Shown: positions 26,465-38,365 of the stretch, one piece after another
Layout of the letters: each line of letters opens with the position of its first letter
Position numbering within the stretch: the first letter of the stretch is position 1
Source: Adineta vaga
Lineage: Eukaryota; Animalia; Rotifera
Assembly: GCA_021613535.1 (NCBI GenBank)
Contig: CP075496.1
Location: forward strand, 10,416,001-10,480,000
Reading direction: 5' to 3'
Length of the DNA stretch: 64,000 nucleotides
Translations under genes and position numbers: made by a program
Notes under the pieces: generated by a model
Seen by the model: only the letters and a program-made list of their open reading frames with translations
Told to the model about the DNA's origin: nothing
Database searches by the model: none

Positions 26465-27122
26465 TTAACCATCCCAATTGTAAACTTTTCCAGGTGTACG
26501 ACTTTGACTCGATGTTTTCTTTCCAGCAGCTAATAGAGCAGCAGTTTGTTTTTCTACTTCGAGAATAGATAAAAATGGTGAAGTATTTTCAGCGGTAGAT
26601 GCGGCAGCAGTTGGTTGTGTTATTGCTTGAGTCGGTGCAGCAGTTGTTAATTGTCTAAATGATTCGATCATTGAAAAATCACATATAGAAAAGAAAGTAT
26701 TTTTACGGTTGGGCAGCACTACTAGCAAGAAATTGATTATTGATTGTATTTGAAAAGATGATTTGCGGTTGTCCAACTGCTCGTCGGGCATCTCATCGAA
26801 GTAATAGTTTTTATTTAATTTATGAGCAAAACCACCAGGTAACAGTGGAGGTGGTTGAGTTCTAAAGGGAAATATAGTCTTATTAGCAACAAATTCATGA
26901 TTTTCTCCTTTCTTTTCTTACCGTTTAGCCATTTCAAATTCATGACGTTGATTGTGCGTGAATTTACGCTAGAAAGATACTCTTCGTATTTTTATTTTGA
27001 AATGTTGATAGAAATGTACATACAAGCATGAGAAATTCACGAATATGATATAGCCATTTGTTGATATCACGTTTGACGACGGGTGCTGCCGATGTTGCAG
27101 CATTTTTTATATTTGAACTCAT
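26465..27122 (-). CDS. NDUFA7: NADH dehydrogenase 1 alpha subcomplex subunit 7 (B14.5a), 4 exons, with an apparent 1-bp deletion at 26794/26795
   Basis: Spliced: ..IREFLML|RKFTHNQRHEFEMAKR|TQPPPLLPGGFAHKLNKNYYFD-(shift)-DARRAVGQPQII..|..RTPGKVYNWDG, matching NDUFA7 [29 protein letters not shown]. Confidence 0.85.
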
Positions 27123-27203
27123 TAGAAATAATAAAAATCTTAAAGAAGATCAAAAAAAAAGATATTTTGTAAACTATCAAATAAAAAATTGGACGGAGAT
27201 TAT

Positions 27204-27209
27204 TTTATT
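27204..27209 (-). terminator. Putative polyadenylation signal AATAAA of the SSX2IP-like gene
   Basis: AATAAA on the minus strand ~28 nt after the stop codon at 27237. Confidence 0.5.
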
Positions 27210-27236
27210 GATTGAATAAAAAACAGATATTTGACA

Positions 27237-28652
27237 TTATGATTGAAGAAAATGATCATGAATACTGGTATATTGTCGAATATCATCCTTAAAAAATATC
27301 AATTTTCAAGAAAAAATGCAAGATGATAAAACAAGATATACTTTATAGTTGGACAAAGGTTTGGAAACTTTTTCATACAATAGATATCGATCAAGTTCAT
27401 CATAGATTTTAGAAAAATGACGTTGAACTATTTCATTAACAGCATCACATGGTAATTGCATCAATCCTAAAGAATCTCACAAATAATGAAAATTAATAAT
27501 TTAATTGTACTTACGTGTTTCAAATGATTCTTCATCCGTACCAGTTTCTAAGAGTTGATCCGCTGGTGATCGATGAATAAGTAATAAATGTTCAAGTCGT
27601 CGATTGATATTTATTACACATTGACGTAATTGTTCATTCTCAATCATTAATAAACGATGTTTTTGATCATAGTCATAGCAAATCTTTTTTAAAAGCATTC
27701 TAAAAATGATGTTTTGGAAAAACATCAAATTGATTCAATAGAAACATACTCAGAAGATGATGACGATGATATTGTCGATTCATTTATTATCAAAGGCCAT
27801 GAATAATCAATTGTTGACATTGTAAATCTATATAAATCAAAAATATCCTAGATATCAAAGTTATTTTTCATACAAATCACAATGCAATGAAAGTAATTGA
27901 ATTAAATACTAACCGACTTTTCTCACAATTTAAGACTCTTTCTTTTAATTTATCCATTTGTTTTTCTAATGTTCGATATTGATGTTTTGCTAATGCATTT
28001 TGTTGTGCAAATAGTTGATTCAATCGACGAATCTATTTTAAAAAAAAATTAAAGCGTAATTTTAGATTTAAAGATTCTTTAAACAATTCAATAACAAACT
28101 TCTTTATCTTTGATTTGAATCGTTTGTGTTAATTGATTAATTTTTGTTCTATATTCCTGAATATCATCTGACAAACGTTCTTTTGTTGTTTGAAGACGAT
28201 CAATATCATGTTTAGTCAGATCTTCTCGTTTATCGTATTTGACATGTTCGGATTCATATTTTTTTAATTTTTCATATAAAAGATGTTTATCATGCGAAAG
28301 TTTATTGTAATTTTTTATTAATTGACGGCATACGGACACAGTTTGATCGATATTTACAGTTTTTGGAACAAAATCAAATAAACCAAGAAGACAAAGATCC
28401 TAAAAGACAAATTTTTAGTAACAGAATAGAGAAGAATTTATTCGAACAAACTTCATTTAATTTGATTAATTGATCGTAATTTTGTGTATTTTCTGTTAGA
28501 GGAAGAAAGAAACTCGATGCTGTTGATGAAGATGGTGGTGGTAATGGTTTATCGATAAGTACTAATGGTGTTGAACTAAAGATTGGTGGTTCAGGTTGAT
28601 GATCAGTTAAATTAAGCGAAGGAGAATTTGAAAATATCTCCAAATTATTCAT
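27237..28652 (-). CDS. Afadin/alpha-actinin-binding ADIP/SSX2IP(Msd1)-like coiled-coil protein, multi-exon
   Basis: LNEDLCLLG; long coiled coil; HQYRTLEKQMDKLKER; EMLLKKICYDYDQKHRLLMIENEQLRQ (SSX2IP: [26 protein letters not shown]); QLPCDAVNEIVQRHF; in-frame GT-AG introns. Confidence 0.7.
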
Positions 28653-30210
28653 AATACTATATAAAACTTGCTTTTTCACTAGTAAATAACTAACACTTGA
28701 ATAGAATTGGATTGAATCATTTCTAACCAATGACATGACATAGAGAAAATAATTTGTTGTCGCTGTAAGACAATATGATGCCGCTTACTTCTGTATCATA
28801 TATAGAGCGTTAGAAAACAGAAGAATCAATGACCGTCGAATCGATTATGTTCACTAAAGAATAAACAACGCTAACCTGATAGTCGTAACGAAGATCTATC
28901 AGTTCGAGACCTAATGCGAAATGAAGGGCGATCATAACATGAGATAACATTGTGATTACCGATCGATCATCAAAGTTATTCGATATTTAGTCATGCTACT
29001 CGATAGATAAGAAAAAAAGAAATATTTTGATCATTTTAACTTATCGTTGATTCTTATCAAGTTAGTCAAGCTTTGTTAAATCAAACATTAACAATCATTT
29101 GCTCAAAAACTCATCTAAATAGTAAATAATCGTCATCGTTGTCGCTGATTTTGTTTTCTTGTTAATATCTTCATAATAACCAGAAAGTTAATTGAAAACA
29201 ACAAACAAATGTACTTGATAAATAATTATCTATTCGACTATATTCATGATCAGAGGAAAAAGAATCTAACTTTTACATTGTATTTCAGATCTCGTTCTAA
29301 AACTGAGAAATTGTTTAACAACAAATCAGTTGACATTATGGACAATTTTTCTGTTTAGGTACCTGATCTTTTCTTTCAACTAATCCCATTAATTCCTTAT
29401 GTTAATCTGTAAAACATGACATTTCTAGAAGATCGTCTAGAAAAATCATTGTTTTCCAGACAATCATTAGAAACTTTCATTTGTTAGTGTAATTATTTTT
29501 GATAATGTCTTTTGAGAATTCTTCCTTCCTATTCGTTTTTTCTTTGTGCCTTAAGCTCTATTATGATGATTGTGTGACAAAAGGTGTCTATTGAATATTC
29601 ATTTGAAAATATTTCTCTTGATAACAAATCAATTGTATAGTCGAAATCAATTATCATCTTTGTATGGTGTGATGATGATGAAGTAATCGACATACAATTG
29701 ACCGATCAGAACTATTTTATCTCATCAGTTCATTCGAGCAGAAAATTGATCAAATTTTCAATAAAGAAGAAAAAAACAGGTGAATCTTCAACTATAGAGA
29801 CAATTGACATAGCGTGTCGTTAATTGAAGTAATAATATTTGAGTTTTCGTTCTTTTTTTTCTACTCGTTCAGTCGTTTGCCTTCTTATTAATCTCGTCGC
29901 GTGCATCTAACTGCTTGCAATACACACACATACACACAAAATTGATCGTCATTATATTCACAATGAATTAAAAAGAAAAAGAAATGACGACGACGTCTGT
30001 CAGTAATTATATTACTACGTCGACTTACCTTCTTTTACAGTAGATTTTTTTCTTTTTAACTACACAAGTAAATGTTAAGAACGTACATAGCTAATTCATT
30101 TAATCATATTTATATATATATACGTATATGAAAAGAAAACAAATCTTAGCAATAAAAGAAGAAATTCTCTGCTTACACACATAAAAAAAAAGAAGAAAAT
30201 CTATATTGTT

Positions 30211-31516
30211 TTATACACCTTGAGACCATAAGACATGATTTTTAGTATTATTGCTTGTTCCTATAATGGCACTCATATATTCTTTGGCTTTAATACGTAA
30301 ATGTGCAATTGACGTATTATTTGTTGGATGATTTGGATGTAGATTAGTTGTTTCATTAATAATATCATTGGGATCGGGTGGAAAAGATCCATAGGAATGA
30401 TGAAGAGATGGAGGTGGCGGAGTAGGATAAGGAGATGAAGAATAGAGTGATGAAACGTTACAATTTGTCGGAAAGAATGATACATTATTAGTACTATGTG
30501 AAGGATTTGTATTGGTTGCAAATGATGCAGTTGTATTTGCAAATGGTGAGACAAACCATGGATCAATTGGCATCGTTGACGAAACAGGTGATGATGATGA
30601 AGGATTTGTTGTTGGTCGAGATGTCGGAGGAAAACTTTGCATGGGAAAATCAGGATTGATTTTTAATGTACTAGCTTCAGCTTTTTCTTGTCGACGCCAT
30701 TTTGCACGACGATTTTGAAACCTTTGAATAGAGAAAGAGAGAAAAAAATCAGATTTTGGAAAAATATATTATTATAAATCGTAATTATAGTCTTTCTATG
30801 ATACTATAGAAAATTAAATTATCACAAAAAAAAATTTGTTTTATATTAAATATCTTACCAAACTTGAACTCGTACTTCTGGTAAACTAATTTTGCCTGCC
30901 AATTCTTCTCGATTGTATACATCAGGATAATCTATAGAGTAGAAGAAATTTTATTCGATCGAATATTTCGAGAATACAATAGAAATCATACGGGATTTTT
31001 CAAAAGCTCGTTCAAGTTCATGTAATTGAAATGTTGTAAATGTTGTACGATTTCGGCGATGTTTCTTTTTCGAATTATGATGATGATTTGATAATGGACG
31101 ATCATTGCTATCATTATCTTCATCATCTAAATCTTCAGTATCCTCTTCGGAATTACCTATACTTTTATTTGTATGAAATGGATCAGTTTCATCACTACTG
31201 CGACGCATAACTTTACCTATTAGTGGAGAAATAAATTTAGTATTCCTTATGATTTTAGTGAGTATAACCTACTTTCAGGATACAGTTCATTGGAACTTCG
31301 TTTTTTACTTCCAAGTTTTTGTTGATAAAATTTCGATGGCGGTAAAAAATGAGTCGGAAATAAATGTTGTTGTTGCGAATGTAAATGAGATTGATGCTCA
31401 AGATTTTTAATACCTAATATTGCTTCAATGGAATGAATAGCTTTCAAATCATCATTGTTCGTTGGAATCATTGGCATTGGAATGCTTGCTGATGTCTTGC
31501 TTGAACCACTTTTCAT
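30211..31516 (-). CDS. rx: Retinal homeobox protein Rx, 4 exons
   Basis: Octapeptide IHSIEAILG; homeodomain [26 protein letters not shown]|[24 protein letters not shown]|[14 protein letters not shown], near-identical to RAX; PIDPW motif; C-terminal OAR domain [14 protein letters not shown]. Confidence 0.95.
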
Positions 31517-34500
31517 TCTATCTATATTGATGTGTTCGTATGTCGATAGTAATAGTAATAATGATGGGTCTTCTCTCGTTTTCTTTCTCTCGCTCTCTCT
31601 CTCTCTCTATCTATCTTTCTCTCTTCTTTGCTACTTCGTTGTTTTTTTAATTTATTTAATGAATAATCTAATAATGACCGTGATGAATAGAGGGGTGGTA
31701 GTGTTGATGGTAGAGCAGCAACGATAACGACAACGAAGCAATGAAGAAAGAAAAAGGAATGTAAAATGAGCAGAAAGAGAAGAAGCAAAACATTAATCAA
31801 CAACGTCACTCTTTCCCTCTGATTGCTCTTTCTTTTCTCTTTTTTTCCTATTCGTCAAAAAACTAACAGTACGACGAATCATATAGGCGGATGTAATTAT
31901 AGACTAGTACAGCCAATGATTAATCTCATGATTTGAACATTTCTGTTAGCATAAATTTCAGTAACAGATACAAAATTCTCTATGAAAATCTTTTTCTTTG
32001 CAAATCAATGAGGCAAGTATGTCATGGAAATCACTATTTATTCACGAAACCAAATGAAAAATTATATCCATTTTAATTGATTTCATTTTTTTTTCAAGCA
32101 AATTGATCAAAAACATTTTGCAAAGTATTTGTTATGCTTGTTATAGATCTCAAGAGAAAAGAACAATATATACATATATTTAAATATCTTAATATACATG
32201 ATTTCTTCTTCCTTTGTTTCATCAAATAGTTCCCATGATGATCACTTAAGTAAAATAGCAAGATAATACATCATTATGATTTGATTGTCTGTATTTAATG
32301 TTGATGAAATTAGATTTTGATTAAAAGAAAAAGATAAGTAGCTCTTTTTCTATTAGTACCGGTACATCTGCTGGCATAGATCGTACTGAAGTGTATGACG
32401 TCGTTTCTTTCTTTCTTTTTTTTTCTATATTCTTCATCGTTTTTTGATGTGATTGAGTCTACTTGATTTTAATTAGCAGTTTCTGTAACGACAAATTTTG
32501 TTTCTCAATCCTGCTGTGAAAAGTCAATTAGCTTTAATGAGCCATAGAACAGCAGTAGCGCATAGCTCAATTCTTTCATCGTCAAATAAAACTGACATGA
32601 TGATGAAAGTCCAAAAGAACAAAAAAGAAAAAGAAAAGATTGTTGTCATTGACAATTACCGTCATCATTACATTTCGATCTCTGAAGCTTTTCTCACCTG
32701 ATTGTCTTATCTTTGACATGACGAATCGAATAACATGCAATATCCAGTCATATTCATTTGAAATTGATCATTTAATAATCATATTCTTTCTATCTACCGG
32801 AAATTTGTCTTTCTTCATTTTCTCATTCGAAAAAAGAAAAAAAATTTCTTTTTAATCAAATGAAAAAAAAAGCGTGAACTCGATTTGCTCATTCATTGAT
32901 TAGCTAGTTCGTTTCATTCAACTGCTGTCAACAATAATTTCCTGATTCAATGTGTGATTTTATATTTGCGTTAATAATCAAGCGAAGATTAAATTCTCTA
33001 TTCTAATTGAATATACACTTTCTCTTGTCTAACGATTTGCTAACAGAATTAAAGAGCAAAGCTTTTATTCTTCAATGTATATGTATATGACCTTTTGATA
33101 ATGTTAGTTTCAATTATTATCAAATTGACATGTTGCCGTTTTCTGTAGAACATTATTTTCTTTTAATTATTGTCAAAAGATAACTGTTCGTTCTCTCTTT
33201 TTCTTTTTTCTTTAGAATAAATGATTGAAAGATTTTTCTTGTCGATTAGTAATATTAGAAGGTAATTAATGGTCGGGTAATTGCAATGAAGAAATAAGCA
33301 ATTAAATCATGATTTCTTTTTGTATCAAGAAAAGAATGTCGAAGAAAATCAATTTCATCTGTTAATTATGTGATAATTAATAAAAATAAAAGTTACTTTT
33401 ATAAAATTGAAATCAAATATTGACTAAGATATTCTTATTAAGGAGATTTATCTAACTGATTCTAGCAAAAAAGAATGATGTTATATTAATGAATATGATA
33501 AATAAAAGGTAGATGATTGATGAAAGTACACGAATAGATGAGATAACATTTGTATTTCGTAAATTTTTGACCTATTCGAGATAATTACATGATAAATTAG
33601 AAGTATGCATAGTTCTAGATGTGATGATAATAAATTTTAACTCAAATAACATGTTTATCATAATGTAAAGTAGAAGGATCGTAGTAACTATCAATACTTA
33701 CTACACATTCAAATGATGAAATTATTTGCTTACAAGTATATATTCTGAATCTTCGTAATATATTGTACTTCATTACCAGTATGACATGGATGTTCTCGCG
33801 TATATCTTCTTTTCCTGTATATTAATTATTTTTTATGCACTAAGATATGAAATTAAGTACATTTCGGAACTCGAACTTTTACAGACTCTAAATGTTTGTG
33901 TATGATTGTTTTTCTTCTATAGCTTTGAATGTAAATAGATTAAAGAGAGATTAAATAAAAGCAAAAAATTTGATGTCATATTCTTAAACGTTCCTACCAT
34001 GCTTTTGAATAATTTAACCACATTTACCTTGAATACGCTATTTAACTTTGTTTTACAATGACATCAAATTTTAAGTACTGTAAATGAAGAGAAAACGTTT
34101 TTCTTTGTATCTGTTACATAAACAGAAAGACATTTTGTTCGCAAAAAGTATTAATTATAATCTTGAAAAGAAAAGTACAATCTTTTCAACCACACGATTA
34201 ATTCTATTTGTTCGTATTTTATACATATGTTACTTTAAATATTCGAGTACTTCTAGGACAACGGTATAGTTAATATTAAAAAAATAAATGAAAACATAAA
34301 CAATGAAATATTCAAGTACATTCTTTTTGTTAGAGAAAGAGTACAAAAGATTTGTATGATTTTCATCATACGAATCATCGTTACTACCAAACATATTGAC
34401 TCATGAAGGTCAAGAAAAAATTCTTGAATATAGTTTATAATGAATCAATTTATTCATTTACTAAGAACTTTTCGAATACAAAAATTAACTGAATCTTTTA

Positions 34501-34579
34501 AAAAAAAAACCTTTTTTTTTCCTTAGAAAATAAAGACAGAGACAGACAGACAGCCATAGAAAATTTTCATCGGTTTTAA

Positions 34580-35876
34580 TTAATTTTGAACAGTAATCAA
34601 TTGTTTGGAACGAAGTTTTGATAGACTAACACCATTCGATAAATTTGATGGAACAATCGATTGTTTACGTTGTTTAGGAATTGATGGTAGAATCGTACGA
34701 CTATGATCATTATGTAAAAGTTTACCATTGAAATGACTAGTATTTGAATCACGTTTACGATGATTAGTAATCGATGACAAACGATGTGCTGATGTTGTAG
34801 ATACTTTTCGTTGCAATACTGTTGCTGGTAGATTAGTTGATGACGAAGTTGTTTGTTGATATTCAGGTACAAATGGTTGCCGATAAGATGGACAGATTTG
34901 TGGTTCAATTAATTGTAACATATGTTTTGGTTCACCACCGGATCTTGATGATGATATGGGATGTTGAATAGGAGATATTTTTGGAAGTCTAGCTGATGGT
35001 GATGTTGTTATTGGATGTGTAATTTGAATTGTTGGAATTCCTACAAATAAATATGTAGTAAAACATTGAAGAATAAAAGTACTTACGTAATTTATTCGAC
35101 TTTTTCTCGTTGGAATGTTTACTCCGGGATCTTAAGGCTGCAACAGTTTTCCAATCGTTGGAATTTCTTGCGGATTCAATTTTAATTTCAATTATATTGT
35201 AAGAGTCTGATGAATCATCTGATGATACCGATGATGATAATGTTGCTACACTACTTCTAGTATTCATTCTTCCTTTTGTTGTATTCGTTGGTAGAAGTTG
35301 TTGAGCAAATTGAATTTCTCTCGACATAAATATAGTCGAACGAGATGTTTCAGCTAAATAATCAGCAAGATAATCATATCCTAATTTCCTTGCTAAATCT
35401 TCTGGTGTATTATTATGATTATCTTTAATATCAAATCGAAGACGATATTGTAAAAGATAATCAACAATTGCATGAACAAGAATTTCATTTCCATGTTCAA
35501 TTGCATAATGTAAGGAACATAAACCGGATTGATCTCGATTAAGAATATCGACATCACCGGGATAGGAATGAAGTAAATAAAGTGCTTCTTGTGTACAATT
35601 GAGATTTGTTGCCCAATTGAAAACATTTTTACCATATTGATCGATAATATGTGGATCAAGATTACAATTTGTTATTAAAAATTGAAAGACTTGAAAACGT
35701 TTCTTTTCAAAGAATTGATCTTGTAAATTCGATTGTTTAAGTGTATGAATTAATAAATTTTGACCAAGATTATTTCTTATAGATATATTATGACCATGTT
35801 TGATGTACGTCATAATTTTAAATAGATGACATTGTTCGATTGCTTCGATAAGAAAACGTTCGTGTGTAAAGGACAT
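34580..35876 (-). CDS. Ankyrin-repeat protein (ANKRD34-like N-terminal repeats) with a Ser/Pro-rich tail, 2 exons
   Basis: Repeats RNNLGQNLLI, DQYGKNVFNWA, RDQSGLCSLHYAIEHGN, KDNHNNTPEDLARKLG; intron 35086-35041 joins in frame to ORF 34580-34921. Confidence 0.75.
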
Positions 35877-38365
35877 CAGTTGGAATTTTGTTTTTATCAA
35901 AGAATTATCTAAATATAAAATGAATAGAATTGTTCAACAAAGAAATCCAATAGTTTTGTTTGTTTGCTGATTCTATTAATGGAATAAGAAAGTCTTCAGA
36001 CGATGAAGAAAACGAAACATATATATGAATAGAGTGAGTTTGACAATCTGATTGTTGTGATTATTATTATTACTATTATTACCACGAAAATTTTCTTCCT
36101 TTTCTCTCGTTTTTCGATCTGAAGAAAAGAGTTAGATTTACTTCGTTGTTTCTTTTCTTCTTCTTCTATATTTAAAAAGAAATACAGTAGAAAAATAAAT
36201 CTTTTCTAATAACAAGATTTGACGGTTTTATTCATTGTATGCGTATATATTGATGTTTTTGATCGTCAGGGACGAAGAAAAAGAAGAAAAAAAGTCTTAA
36301 TCGTAATGCAGCCTGATTGAGTGTCACACACTCAACTCTTCGACATTCACAATGGCTATGTTCTTTCTACACATATCTACGTTTTGTTAGTAAGAGAAAA
36401 AAAAGTATATTCTACTTATGACAAATGTATTGATTGTTGTCAAGGTTGAGACGACAATGTACAGATTGAATCTTTAGATTACGAAAGCCGAAAATAAATT
36501 AAAAAAACTTGTTAATTTAAAAGAAGACTGTGCAATCGCATTCTTCTACTTTTTCTCATATTTATAGACGGAATTTAAATGGTTTTTGTCTGCGAAGAAA
36601 TATCTGACAAGGAAGAATGTTTTTATCGAGAAATTAGACTTGCCGATGTCATTTATGTCAGAATAATATATCATATAGTTGGAAAGAAAAAACAGACTTC
36701 CTGAAAAATGAAAAAAAAATCGTAATTTATCAAAGTACTTATCTTATATTGATGAAAATTTCCTCAATCATCGTATTCTAGACATTCGATTCATTCATTT
36801 ATACTTCATATTAACTATTGTATAAATTTTCTTACTTTGACATTTCAGACATAATTTCTTTTTGAGACATATATTTTTATATTGATTAAAAAAAAGAAAC
36901 CATTTGACGCCTCAAAATGATTTTATTAATTAAAAATTCAACAAAAATATATACTATAAACCTTTGATTTTATTGCTTTTTCGATTGATACAAGAAGTGA
37001 TCGATGTCGATTTTTAATAAAAACACATTTTTCTCTCTCTCTAACGCCTTGAGAAATCGTTGCCATATATTTATGAGCTTTTCTTTCTTTTCGACACACT
37101 ACGATCTTTGATCAAATATGTCCGTAAGTTTGAAAACAAAACAGTACGAAACAACATTAACAAGTGAGAAAATACATGTGCACAAGTACTCATCGATTGC
37201 AATTGCTTTTGTAGAGATTCTCATCAGTATTAAATGAACAAGTCATGTCTATTAATATAAATTTATCACAAGTTCTTGTGAATCGCTATGCAATATGAAT
37301 TTGATTGAAAAAACTTAACACCATAAAAGAATTCTTCTCATAGTTCATCAATATCTGACATAAAGATTCAAATGATTTGCTTGTTCTTATCATGAATAGA
37401 ATATGTAATCATTTATTTCGTGTGCTTTTATTAAGTGAAAAGATTTAATCATTAATCCTATTATTTAAGTAGTAAACTAACTATCGATTGAATAGAAATA
37501 AAAACAACACGTCGTATGTGATTACATTATCTATCTCTTAACTTTTCACGCACGTGTCTATTTATTGATGATTGTTATACTCAGGTTTTCTTGTTGCTTG
37601 AATAATATGTCTAGACATATGTATAAAAGTCGATTAGAACTTAAAATTGATTTATTCCACATATTACCTTTTCATTTCTTTTCTCAAGGTATGTATTAAA
37701 AAATTGTTATACGATCAAACGAAATGTATTCATCTATTTGTTATAATTTTCGTCGATTGATTTCGGAACGGAAATTGTTCTTCGATGTCATTTGTACACT
37801 TCAGAAGATTGTTTACTCACGCGTCAACTGTGCGATGATCGAGATTCATCTATAAAAATGAAAGAGAAAAAGAATGAATGAATAAAGACAAGTAAAGATC
37901 TATTTATTTTCCTTTTCTTTCTCTCTGTGAACGGATTAATCTCTACAGTGATAGTGATTTTTGTAATGACATGTACCTTTCTTACTTATTCTTCTACATT
38001 AGTTAAACATGTCGGCGTCACCATCGTCGTCGTCGCGTCATTTCTATCAAAGGAAATTCTTGAAAGGGTAGATGCAAATATTCAATATACTTAACCAAAG
38101 AGATAAGTCAATTCATTAATTGTGACCTAATTATGATCGACGACCTAGAAATCATAACAAATAGAGACAGTCAAGAAAGATTAATTTGACATTTTGTCTA
38201 TCTTTACAGAAGATTCATGCGCAATCAATTGTTATTTTACATCTTAAGGAAAACAACATTGTGACAAATCAAAATTATCTGCTAAATGAATGATATTCAT
38301 AGAAATTATCTTTTCTAATCATATTTATCAATTTAAACAACAGACAGTATTGATAAAATTTACCA

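Noticed and set aside
30004-30014. Paired-class P3 palindrome TAAT-TAT-ATTA downstream of rx
   Set aside because: An all-AT motif is expected by chance at this base composition
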